A DNA stretch of 63,102 nt, the filler included, from Octopus bimaculoides (Eukaryota), in NCBI RefSeq assembly GCF_001194135.2. It is 7 parts of 5 records of this genome, joined end to end, with 100 filler letters (N's around TTAATTAATTAA, not from the genome) between each part and the next. Parts side by side here need not be neighbours in the genome. Positions count along the whole stretch, not along the records: positions 1 to 20,185 come from NC_068995.1; positions 20,286 to 35,116 come from NC_068981.1; 5 more parts are not named here. The stretch is one strand, 5' to 3'. Positions 11,846 through 22,334 of this stretch are shown piece by piece (position 1 is the stretch's first letter; each line of letters begins with the position of its first letter). The position numbers and the translations under genes were made by a program. A model generated the notes under the pieces. The model did not search any database. It saw only the letters and a program-made list of their open reading frames with translations, and had not been told where the DNA came from.

Positions 11846-12181
11846 TATGGCTCAGTGGTTAGAGCGTCGAACTTACGACCGTGCGATTGTGAGTTCGAAT
11901 CCCGGACCGGGCTGAGTGTTGTGTTCTTGAGCAAGACACTTTATTTCACGTTGCTCCAGTTGTTTACTCAGCTGTAGAAACGAGTTGCGATGTCACTGGT
12001 ACCAAGCTGTATCGGCCTTTGCCTTTCCCTTGGATAACATCAGTGGTGTGGAGAGGGGAGGCTGGTATGCATGGGCGACTGCTGGCCTTCCACAAACAAC
12101 CTTGCCCGGACTTTTGCCTCGGAGGGTAACTTTCTAGGTGCAATCTCATGGTGATTCTTGACCGAAGGGGGTCTCCGATAT
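11846..12181 (+). mobile_element. tRNA-derived SINE, family B
   Basis: A box tggctcagtggttagagc, B box gagttcgaatcc, then cttgagcaagacactttatttcacgttgctccag. Near-full-length match to 17828-18138. Confidence 0.92.
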
Positions 12182-12968
12182 NNNNNNNNNNNNNNNNNNN
12201 NNNNNNNNNNNNNNNNNNNNNNNNNNNNNNNNNNNNNNNNNNNNNNNNNNNNNNNNNNNNNNNNNNNNNNNNNNNNNNNNNNNNNNNNNNNNNNNNNNNN
12301 NNNNNNNNNNNNNNNNNNNNNNNNNNNNNNNNNNNNNNNNNNNNNNNNNNNNNNNNNNNNNNNNNNNNNNNNNNNNNNNNNNNNNNNNNNNNNNNNNNNN
12401 NNNNNNNNNNNNNNNNNNNNNNNNNNNNNNNNNNNNNNNNNNNNNNNNNNNNNNNNNNNNNNNNNNNNNNNNNNNNNNNNNNNNNNNNNNNNNNNNNNNN
12501 NNNNNNNNNNNNNNNNNNNNNNNNNNNNNNNNNNNNNNNNNNNNNNNNNNNNNNNNNNNNNNNNNNNNNNNNNNNNNNNNNNNNNNNNNNNNNNNNNNNN
12601 NNNNNNNNNNNNNNNNNNNNNNNNNNNNNNNNNNNNNNNNNNNNNNNNNNNNNNNNNNNNNNNNNNNNNNNNNNNNNNNNNNNNNNNNNNNNNNNNNNNN
12701 NNNNNNNNNNNNNNNNNNNNNNNNNNNNNNNNNNNNNNNNNNNNNNNNNNNNNNNNNNNNNNNNNNNTATATATATATATATATCACAGGTGCATCCTCG
12801 TAACACGAGAAAAGCCATTGCCAAGAAGACTTACTGAAATGATTCATGATTGTCGCCATGAGATGCCCTTATATGACTTTTAAGCCCAGCCAAGCTTTCA
12901 CACATTTTATTACATACTAGACAACATACATACATACATACATACATACATACATACATACATACATA

Positions 12969-13192
12969 CTATAATCCCTCGCCTTATCGCGGTTCACCTA
13001 TTGCGGTTTATTATTTAAGCCTATGCCGATTCCTCTCTGGTGATGTTTTGCATTTATAATAAGATAAATATATACAAATTATTAAAATAATAAGAATAAA
13101 AATATACAGAACGGTACTGCTTCTACTTCGCGGATTTTCACCTATCGTGAGGGGTTTTGGAATACAACACCTACGATTGTCGAGGATTACTG
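12969..13192. mobile_element. Tigger/pogo-type MITE
   Basis: TA|ctataatccctcg...cgaggattactg|TA: imperfect TIRs of the CAGTAATCC type with TA flanks, 224 bp. Confidence 0.75.
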
Positions 13193-13220
13193 TATATACA
13201 TACATATATANNNNNNNNNN

Positions 13221-13256
<36 letters not shown>

Positions 13257-13610
13257 TAGAAAAAAAAGCCTACATCCAATATAGATATAGATATGTGCAC
13301 TTCTGTAGATGTGTGTGTGTGTGTAATATATATCGTCTCTTAAGATCGTGAGGAAGAGCGGCACACCCTCAAGTGGCTATGTAAACCGATCCTTTACGCT
13401 GTCGTGATTTTCTTCCTATTGAGTAGTTTTAAAATGAGTATCAGCCCGCGCAATCCAATCCGCCTTTTTTAAGACTTGGAGATCTGACGACAGTTGGCAC
13501 ACCAGGTTTAAGACGGCTGCGGTGACCAGCAACCTGTAGAGTAAGTTTAATTCTAACGCTAAGACTAAGACTATATATGCTTACATAATCCTTTCTCTCA
13601 GTTTCATTTT

Positions 13611-13799
13611 TTATTACCTCTGCCTTCGCTAAGGCGGAGGTATTGTTTTCAGTAGTGTTTGTTTGTTTGTTCGTATGTTTGTCCGTGGGCAAGATATCTC
13701 AAAAACCACTGGATGGATTCGAATGAAACTTTCAAGGATCTTTGGCCGCGTGACTGGCATGAATTGATCAGATTTTGGGATATATCCAGTACAGGACAA
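13611..13799 (+). mobile_element. HINE/Helentron-type element, 5' half (copy 2)
   Basis: ttattacctctgccttcgctaaggcggagg hairpin plus (GTTT)n and a body matching 46034-46210. Confidence 0.7.
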
Positions 13800-13867
13800 G
13801 AGATGTTGAAATTGTATTCTACACAAAAGTGCTAATGAAACAACAGCACAATAATAACAACAATCAT

Positions 13868-14292
13868 GGCTTTAAATTTTGGCACAAAGCCAACAATTTT
13901 AAAGTTAGTCGATTACATCGATCCCAGTGCTCAATAGATACTTATTTGATTGACCAGGAAAGCATGAAAGACAAAGACGAACCTCGGCAGAACTTAAACC
14001 CGGAATATAATGACGGCTGAAATATCGCTAAGCATTTTGTCCGATTTGCTAACGACTTTGCCAGTTTGCCACCTTAATAATCTTTTCTACTTATAGGCAC
14101 AAAGCCTAAAATTTTGGAGGAGCTAGTTGATGTGATCAACCCCAGTACTGCACTGGTACTTATTTCATAGACCCCGAAAGGATGAAAGGCAAAGTCGACC
14201 TAAGCGGAGTTTGAACTCAGAACGCAAAGACGGACGAAATGTCACTAAGCATTTTGTCCGGTAAGCTGATGATTCTGCCAGTTCACCGCCTT
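13868..14292 (-). mobile_element. Two tandem SINE family D copies (13868-14075, 14080-14292)
   Basis: Each ends (on plus) ...gattctgccagttcaccgcctt / gactttgccagtttgccacctt. Confidence 0.88.
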
Positions 14293-14339
14293 GATAATAA
14301 TAGCTATAACAATTCTAGGCGTGTTGAGAATTTTTAATA

Positions 14340-14650
14340 GCAACGCCAAACTCCATCCTGCTAAAAGTACCGACTCATAAGGAATGAACGTAAATATTAT
14401 CAGAACGCTCCAAACATTCATAAAGAGATACTTCTTCATGAATACTAAATATCGGATCTCCAAAAATTGTGAACAAAGACTTCTGGAACCCATTGGCAAA
14501 CAAAAAATGATACGAAAGTAAAGATTGGTGGGTTATATAAGAAGAATACCGGAAGGATGTTTGACACGGCATGTCATGGATTGAAACCCAGAGATGGGAA
14601 ATGAAAGTGTGATAACACAGGACCATCTGGTGGGGAACACGTTAAATGAG
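14340..14650 (+). mobile_element. Decayed RTE-like LINE fragment
   Basis: RISKNCEQRLLEPIGKQKMIRK*RLVGYIRRIPEGCLTRHVMD*NPE resembles an RTE C-terminal region. Confidence 0.5.
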
Positions 14651-14794
14651 GACTATGAAGAACCTATGTTCTGCTAGTAAATAACCATTGAGAGTTATCG
14701 GCATATATTAAATTCTCAAAACATAATCCGATATCAGGATTAAAATTTCGGACGAATTTTAATTTATTTATATTACGGAGCTGCTATCATCAAT

Positions 14795-14987
14795 TCGGTT
14801 TTTGTGCCTGTCGACATCCCCAATCCTGGTCATGAAAGTCGAATAATGATCGAAAGAGTACGATCTCGAATACAAGCAGTCGGAATCGAATTCCTCAGAA
14901 GGATCCCTTGAGTAACGTTACTCGACAGGGTGCGTAGCTCAACGATCGGGGAGTCTCTCCAGCTCGAACCTCTAGTTCAGTGCATTG
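14795..14987 (+). mobile_element. RTE LINE fragment, same family as 2575-3003
   Basis: RVRSRIQAVGIEFLRRIP*VTLLDRVRSSTIGESLQLEPLV. Confidence 0.8.
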
Positions 14988-15782
14988 NNNNNNNNNNNNN
15001 NNNNNNNNNNNNNNNNNNNNNNNNNNNNNNNNNNNNNNNNNNNNNNNNNNNNNNNNNNNNNNNNNNNNNNNNNNNNNNNNNNNNNNNNNNNNNNNNNNNN
15101 NNNNNNNNNNNNNNNNNNNNNNNNNNNNNNNNNNNNNNNNNNNNNNNNNNNNNNNNNNNNNNNNNNNNNNNNNNNNNNNNNNNNNNNNNNNNNNNNNNNN
15201 NNNNNNNNNNNNNNNNNNNNNNNNNNNNNNNNNNNNNNNNNNNNNNNNNNNNNNNNNNNNNNNNNNNNNNNNNNNNNNNNNNNNNNNNNNNNNNNNNNNN
15301 NNNNNNNNNNNNNNNNNNNNNNNNNNNNNNNNNNNNNNNNNNNNNNNNNNNNNNNNNNNNNNNNNNNNNNNNNNNNNNNNNNNNNNNNNNNNNNNNNNNN
15401 NNNNNNNNNNNNNNNNNNNNNNNNNNNNNNNNNNNNNNNNNNNNNNNNNNNNNNNNNNNNNNNNNNNNNNNNNNNNNNNNNNNNNNNNNNNNNNNNNNNN
15501 NNNNNNNNNNNNNNNNNNNNNNNNNNNNNNNNNNNNNNNNNNNNNNNNNNNNNNNNNNNNNNNNNNNNNNNNNNNNNNNNNNNNNNNNNNNNNNNNNNNN
15601 NNNNNNNNNNNNNNNNNNNNNNNNNNNNNNNNNNNNNNNNNNNNNNNNNNNNNNNNNNNNNNNNNNNNNNNNNNNNNNNNNNNNNNNNNNNNNNNNNNNN
15701 NNNNNNNNNNNNNNNNNNNNNNNNNNNNNNNNNNNNNNNNNNNNNNNNNNNNNNNNNNNNNNNNNNNNNNNNNNNNNNNNNN

Positions 15783-15846
<64 letters not shown>

Positions 15847-16404
15847 CATATCCATTCAACCTATTCTTGACTTCGTCAGAGAATCGTTTGAAGTGATAAG
15901 TATGATCCAATATAGTAATTAAAGATAATTTATTATGATTTATGATTTAGGTTTCAAATTTGTTGTATATCAAATCCATGTAGCATAGTGTGCCCGCATG
16001 TTTTACATGTTGGATTGACTGTTACTGTAGAGAGTTCCAGAAATGTTAATACAAACAAAAACTGAAGAATATGTATGATTGAAGCGCATATAAAATTCGC
16101 ATGGTTGCAGTGTTTGTATATATGCAGTAACACTGGCGCTTGAAAAAGGGAAGCTTGCCTCGTGTTATGGGCTAATGAGGATAGGGTTAGTATGAGGTTT
16201 CCGATACGTTTAAGTGACTGAAATTACAAGATAAGATGATTAATGACCTTTAATTAGTTGACCTTTGACGTGGTTAAACAACCAATCGCAATCAGTTGGG
16301 ATTCACAGTATGGGTTGTACTGTTCGTCCTTCCGATCACCGAATATAACACGTGGCTCGCGTGACCCCCGTTTGGGTGGTTTTCCTGAGTCATCAACTAA
16401 CTCT

Positions 16405-16550
16405 TGTACGCCAATCCATCGCAAAGTTACCCATTTACAACTGAGCAGACTGAAGCAACGTGAAATGAAGTGTTTTGCTCAAAAACACAACGTACAACAG
16501 GTCTGGGAATCGAAACTACGATTTCGCAATCGTGAGTGCGACGCCTTCAT
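16405..16550 (-). mobile_element. SINE family A/B head plus core
   Basis: Reverse complement contains cgtagtttcgattccc and ttttgagcaaaacacttcatttcacgttgcttcagtctgctcag. Confidence 0.75.
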
Positions 16551-16724
16551 CATAAACAGACTCAAGCCCTTCTTAGGTTCAATTCCTAATTGCGGCTGTT
16601 ACAAATTTTCAGATGAATGGATTAGAGCAACGGGAAATAAATGCACCGCCCTATTTCAGATTTGCATCCACGACCGTGAACCCAATACCCTAAGAATGAG
16701 GCTACGCACCTTCACATATATGTT

Positions 16725-16870
16725 GTTGGCACTCCGTCGCTTACGACGTCGAGGATTCCAGTTGATCCGATCAACGGAACAGCCTGCTCGTGAAATTAAC
16801 GTGCAAGTGGCTGAGCACTCCACAGACATGTGTACCCTTAACGTAGTTCTCGAGGATATTCAGCGTGACA
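16725..16870 (-). mobile_element. SINE family A 3' part
   Basis: Matches 2160-2300. Confidence 0.85.
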
Positions 16871-17029
16871 CATATATATATATATGATGGTGTAGCTTTT
16901 ATTTCAACGTTCCAGCGAGTAGAGGTGTACTATGTGGTGGGGGGGGGGCGTTTCCACTAGTTCAAGCATTTGGTTTTCATTATTGGTTCGGTGGATTTTT
17001 TTTTTTATCCTCTTACTTCCTGTTTCCGT

Positions 17030-17178
17030 TGTGCCTGTAATTCAAAGGGTCAGCCTTGTCACACTATGTCACGCTGAATATCCCCGAGAACTGTGTTAAG
17101 GGTACACGAGCAGGCTGTTCCATTGATCGGCTCAACTGGAACCCTCGACGTCGTAAGCGACGGAGTGCCAGCAACAAC
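17030..17178 (+). mobile_element. SINE family A 3' part, inverted to 16725-16870
   Basis: ggaaccctcgacgtcgtaagcgacggagtgcca is a near-exact reverse complement of 16725-16760. Confidence 0.85.
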
Positions 17179-17319
17179 AATCTTCTATGACATCTGATCT
17201 TACTGCTGCGTATAGATGCTTCTATGTATCTTGGTTTAGTTCTGTTTTCATAGTTGCTCAGTATGGCCTAAATATTATTGTCCCTATTAATTTTAAGGCG
17301 AAGAGCTTCAGAATCATTA

Positions 17320-17725
17320 GCAGGCCGGATAAAATGATTAACGGCATTGCGTCCATCTTCACGTTCTGAGTTCAAAATCTGCCGAGGTCGACTTTGCCTT
17401 TCATCCTTCCGAGGTCGATAAGATAAGTATCATTTGACCACTGGGGTCGATGTAATTGACTTACGCGCTTCGCCCGTAATTACTTGTCTCGTTTGAACCA
17501 ATATTATTATTAATTTTAAGGTGGCGAGCTGGCAGAATCGTTAGCACGCCTGTCAAAATGCTTAGCGGCATTTCGTCTTTACATTCTGAGTTCAAATGCC
17601 GCCGGGATCAACTTTGCCTTTCATCCTTTCGCGGGGTCAATAAAATAGATAGCAGTTGAACACTGAGGTCGATGTAATCGACTTACTTCACTCCCCCGAA
17701 CTTGCTGGTCTTGTGCCAAAATTTG
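17320..17725 (+). mobile_element. Two tandem SINE family D copies (17320-17500, 17516-17725)
   Basis: Both contain ttctgagttcaaa...ctttgcctttcatcc. Confidence 0.88.
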
Positions 17726-17779
17726 AAATTATTATTATTATTATTGATTTATATTAGCCCTTGTGGCCAATAAAACAGA

Positions 17780-17824
<45 letters not shown>

Positions 17825-17827
17825 CAG

Positions 17828-18135
17828 TGAAGGCTCAGTGGTTAGAGCGTCGAGCTTACGATCGCGAGGTTGTGAGTTCGAATCCTGTACCGAGCTGCGT
17901 GTTGTGTTCTTGAGCAAGACACTTTATTTCACGTTGCTCCAGTTCACTCAGCTGTAGAAATGAGTTGTGACATCACAGGTGCCAAGCTGTATCGGCCTTT
18001 GCCTTTCCCTAGGATAACACTGGTGGCGTGGAGAGAAGAGACCGATATGCATGGGCGACTGCTGGTCTTCCATAAACAACTTGCCCGGACTTGTGCCTCG
18101 GAGGGTAACTTTCTAGGTGCAATCTAGAAGGGGGT

Positions 18136-18138
<3 letters not shown>
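17828..18138 (+). mobile_element. SINE family B with (ATT)n tail
   Basis: A and B boxes, body matching 11846-12181, flanked by ATT repeats. Confidence 0.92.
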
Positions 18139-18173
<35 letters not shown>

Positions 18174-18177
<4 letters not shown>

Positions 18178-18439
18178 GAAAAACCACAAAATGCTTCGTG
18201 AAATACAGCTACCCAGGGTTTTATAACCGAAATACTAATTTATTTCACCATTTATCAAGCTGGTAAAAACAACAAGACGATTTAGCAACTGCGTTCGACG
18301 CATGCCGCAATTTCTTCATCGAACGCAGTTACTAAACCGTTCTGTTTTCATCAGTTTAATAAATGGAGAAATAAATTAATATTTTGACCAGGAAACTCTG
18401 GGTAGCTGTATTTCACAAGGTTTTTTTGTAGTTTTTATT
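18174..18439. mobile_element. Fold-back (near-palindromic) MITE
   Basis: Arms 18174-18298 and 18319-18439 are imperfect reverse complements (gtgaaatacagctacccag / ctgggtagctgtatttcac; actgcgttcga / tcgaacgcagt) around a 20-nt loop. Confidence 0.85.
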
Positions 18440-18857
18440 ATAGTAATATCTTTACTCTCTTAAATAATCGACTGCTATACTACTTGTTAATAATCGTAAC
18501 ACACAGTATATTTATATATATTCTTTTCTCTATGTCTGACAATATAAGATGCAAAACAGGATCTAAAATGATTCTGACAATATAAGAAACAAAACAGGAT
18601 CTAAAATTGTTCCTGGTGGTACTCCATTTATTACTACAGGCCTCTCAGTACCTCTTAGATTCGGTTCAAGTATTTAAGCATAAACGCCCAAGCTTCTCCT
18701 TATGGGAACGGTTTTAACTTCTATTAACAGAATAAATTTTCATCTTCGGCCATGACAAATGTTTTGCTGAAAGACGGTATATACGGCTCACGTTTATCCA
18801 GGTAACGATCTGTTCATAACTTGGTTATATGTATCTATATATGTGTATGTGTGCATA

Positions 18858-19074
18858 CAAGGGGGTGCTGAAAAGTTCTCGGCTTTGAGTAAAAGAAAAT
18901 ACAGGAGGATCAGTTAATCGTGATTTTATTGAACATATTCCACTCACAGATTCATACACTTATTGTAGCGGTCTTCCAGATTTTCTAAGCCCTGTAAAAC
19001 AATTCGGAAGGCTGGGCCTCCAGCAAGAACTTTCGCGATGCCCTTAAAGTCAGGAACATTTCAGCGACCCCTCG
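18858..19074. mobile_element. Mariner-derived MITE
   Basis: TA|caagggggtgctgaaaagttctcggcttt ... aaagtcaggaacatttcagcgacccctcg, TIRs of about 29 bp. Confidence 0.8.
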
Positions 19075-19705
19075 AATTTATGTATACATGCATGTGTGTA
19101 TGCATGCATTTATGTATGGATGGATGGATGGATGGATCGATCGATCGATATATGTACGAATGTATGTACGCGTTTTCTTTTTCTTCTACATTGTCTCTTT
19201 TAATGGGGTCCGCTTTTAGTATGAATGTGTAAGTATTATCTGTTTGTGTATGTGTGCGCGTGCGTATGTTTATAGTATGTATGTATGTGTGTGTGTGTGT
19301 GTGTGTTTGTGTGTGTGTGAGTGAATGTGCATATGTATGTGTGTGGGGGAAGAGTGCAGATGTGCAAATTCAAATACAATTATATGTATTAACAAACGGA
19401 GGATCCAAGAAAAGCATTGCAAGATGGAACCTGGGGGCTTTCTCGGACGGGGAACAATCCGGAGGATAATATGGATGGGATGAATCCTCTCGCGAAGTTC
19501 AAGGAGCAAAAAAGGATTCTTTTTTTTTTTTTGTGGGGGGGACGGGTGGTAATGAGGAGCCATACAGATATCCAAAGGCTTTTCTTTGACTATCTGGGCA
19601 CCGAACCAATGCATTGAAACTTCCTCTCCTTGAGACGCAGTGTGACACCCACATCTGCTTTTTGAGTGTGTGTGTGTGTGTGTGTNNNNNNNNNNNNNNN
19701 NNNNN

Positions 19706-19739
<34 letters not shown>

Positions 19740-19794
19740 AAGTTGATGATTCACCCTGTCGCTACTCTGAGTATGCGGCTGAACTAACACTCAC

Positions 19795-19870
19795 ATGAAA
19801 AACTCTAAGCGACGAAGGAATGAGCCATCAGCTTCCAATGCATAAACTCGACTTGATGTATTGAGTACTT
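19795..19870 (-). CDS. Weak candidate exon (76 nt)
   Basis: Acceptor gtgcattag|, donor |gtgagt, one open frame VLNTSSRVYALEADGSFLRRLEFF. No homology recognised. Confidence 0.3.
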
Positions 19871-19992
19871 CTAATGCACACATACACACACACACATACA
19901 TATATATATGTGTGTATGTTTGTGTGTGGTGCGTGTATTATGTATATACATACATATATGTGTGTGTGTATGTATGTCTGTGTATGTATGTA

Positions 19993-20038
<46 letters not shown>

Positions 20039-20229
20039 AGCATACAAAAATAAATATACACACACATACATATATATATTCAGACGCAACTGGAACCTTG
20101 GGTTTCCAAAGGAGCGGTATTTCATGTATAGATATGTGTATGTGGGTGTGTGTATGTATGCATGTATATATATATATATATATATNNNNNNNNNNNNNNN
20201 NNNNNNNNNNNNNNNNNNNNNNNNNNNNN

Positions 20230-20241
20230 TTAATTAATTAA
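20230..20241. other. Artificial scaffold linker TTAATTAATTAA between 44-N blocks (also 35161-35172, 45586-45597, 50139-50150, 57285-57296, 60870-60881)
   Basis: Identical 12-mer with stops in all six frames, always centred in a 100-bp N44/12/N44 spacer. Confidence 0.97.
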
Positions 20242-20457
20242 NNNNNNNNNNNNNNNNNNNNNNNNNNNNNNNNNNNNNNNNNNNNTGGCCTGATCATCGC
20301 TTCATTTGTATTGTCCCTGTATTGTTAATTTCATTCGATTTTTTTTTTATATATTTCATTTAATTTTTAAAAGTCATATTTTATGTAAAATCATATCGAT
20401 TTACTGATCCCATCAGTTGTTCTGTCCATTTCTATGTTTAGCCCTTGGTGGGCAATA

Positions 20458-20892
20458 AAGAAATTGGTATTTCGTCTGCCGTTACGTTCTGAGTTCAAAT
20501 TCCGCCAAGGTCGACTTTGCCTTTCATCCTTTCAGGTCGATAAATTAAGTACCAGTTGCGTACTGGGAACGATCAAATCGACTGGCACCCCCTTCCCCAA
20601 AATTTCGGGCCTTGTGCATAGAGTAGAGAAGAATATTACTGATTTGTACTTTTTTAATATGTTAATTATTTAATATGCTAATTTTTCACTTATACTTGTC
20701 TACTATATTGATTTTGGCACAAGGCCAAAAGTTTCGGGGTAAGAGCTAAGTCGATTACATCAACTGCAATGCTCAACAGGTACTTATTTTATCGACCCTA
20801 AAAGGATGAAAGGTAAAATCGACCTCGGCAGAATTTGAACTCCCTAAACATTTTGCCCGGTGTGCTAACGATTCTGCCAGTTTCCCACCTAA
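20458..20892. mobile_element. Tail-to-tail inverted pair of SINE family D (20458-20635 plus, 20705-20892 minus)
   Basis: Direct alignment of the two copies. Confidence 0.88.
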
Positions 20893-22334
20893 TACTGAAT
20901 ATCTAATTTGTGATTCTCTCATCGCAACTTAAAGTTTTGTGAAATCTTACACTTAGCTGAAAAGGTTTGATAAAACCAAATCCTGTCTACGGTTGTTCCC
21001 CAGTTCTTGCTGAAAAGAAAAGAATTGAGCTAATTTTGTCTTCCTCTCGCTACATATGTATTTCAAATTAGATTTTTGCTGTTAATTGTGTTAACACACT
21101 TTTAGCTACTTTTTAAAAAAATTCAGATTACACCCCTGAGTGTGCTGAAGATACTTTTTGATCGACAGATCACCATTTGGATTTCCTCCCTCTAGAATCT
21201 CTCGAATAAGAATCAGTAATATATTAGTGTTAATTAACTTCACTGTGTCTGCCACAACAAATACATTTTGCGTAGACTGAAAGGAAGAGCAATTTGCAAC
21301 ATTTTTAAATGTACGAAATGAAGCACAAATAAAATAAATTACAAAAACAAAAGTCCTTAATTCAAAATGAAACACAAACACATCGTTTTCGAAACAGCTT
21401 CGCGCCTATGTATTTCCATTAACATTAACCGCTGAATTTTATTTCTTATTGCACTAATCTCGTTTATCCTACCACAAAGGGTGGACAAAATCTTTTCTGT
21501 TATAACGCAACAAATGGTCTTTATCAGGGGGCTTGATAGAACTAGGTATAATTATAGTTTAGAAAGCCTATCGATAATTTCCATGAAGTAAACGAGAAAA
21601 ATATTTAAAAAAAACCAAGGTGATGAATACTAGAAAGTAAAGTACATAATTTTATTCCATTCATTTTAAATTTATCATTCTATCCAGAACTTTAGAATAT
21701 TCTATCTACGACAGAAGTAAATTATTCTGCCTCTATTCTTACCACCTGACGCTTCTGCCTCTATTCTTATCTATTGACACTTCAATGAATATTTTTACCA
21801 CCTTTTTTACATTTGTATTTTTATACTCTGCGTATTTTGTACTCTGTCTTATTTACTGTTTTCTTTATTCTTATTCAATTTGCCTCTGCATAGGAACTCA
21901 ACATCTTACACTGTGAAGTGAAATACATATTTTGCTGATTACTTCAGCAACTCATATATATATTGAAGATAGTGTTATTTGAATTGAGATCATCCACTTG
22001 TAACGTCATGTAAACGTACTGTGATAAGAAAATCTTATGAAAGACTTTTGATTGAATGGATACTATTACAGACAACCAGGCAAGATGGAAGTGGTTCGTC
22101 TCACAAGCAGTGTGTCAGTGACCGAGACAGTTTAATCTAAAAGGTCTGTATGTAAGTGCCCTAATGTGAACTGATTCGCCGTTGCACATTACAGCGTCAA
22201 TTTGATTGCTCAACCTGCTTGAAACACATATATATACATATAATTAAGATATGCATTCGACCAAGCGCCCTCGAACAGCTAATATCCAAAAAAAACCAGC
22301 ACTTCCGAATTCACATAGACAAGTAAGAACTCGC

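Noticed and set aside
13425-13534. Minus-strand acceptor with open frame LLVTAAVLNLVCQLSS...
   Set aside because: It can be spliced in phase only with a weak donor, and chaining it to the other exons would be over-fitting.
17829-17900. tRNA gene
   Set aside because: A and B boxes are present, but there is no complete cloverleaf and the sequence continues into a SINE body found elsewhere in the window.
21130-21276. Minus-strand open frame after a good acceptor (STQNVFVVADTVKLINTNILL...)
   Set aside because: No convincing donor, no recognised homology, and it lies on a different assembly piece from the other exons.
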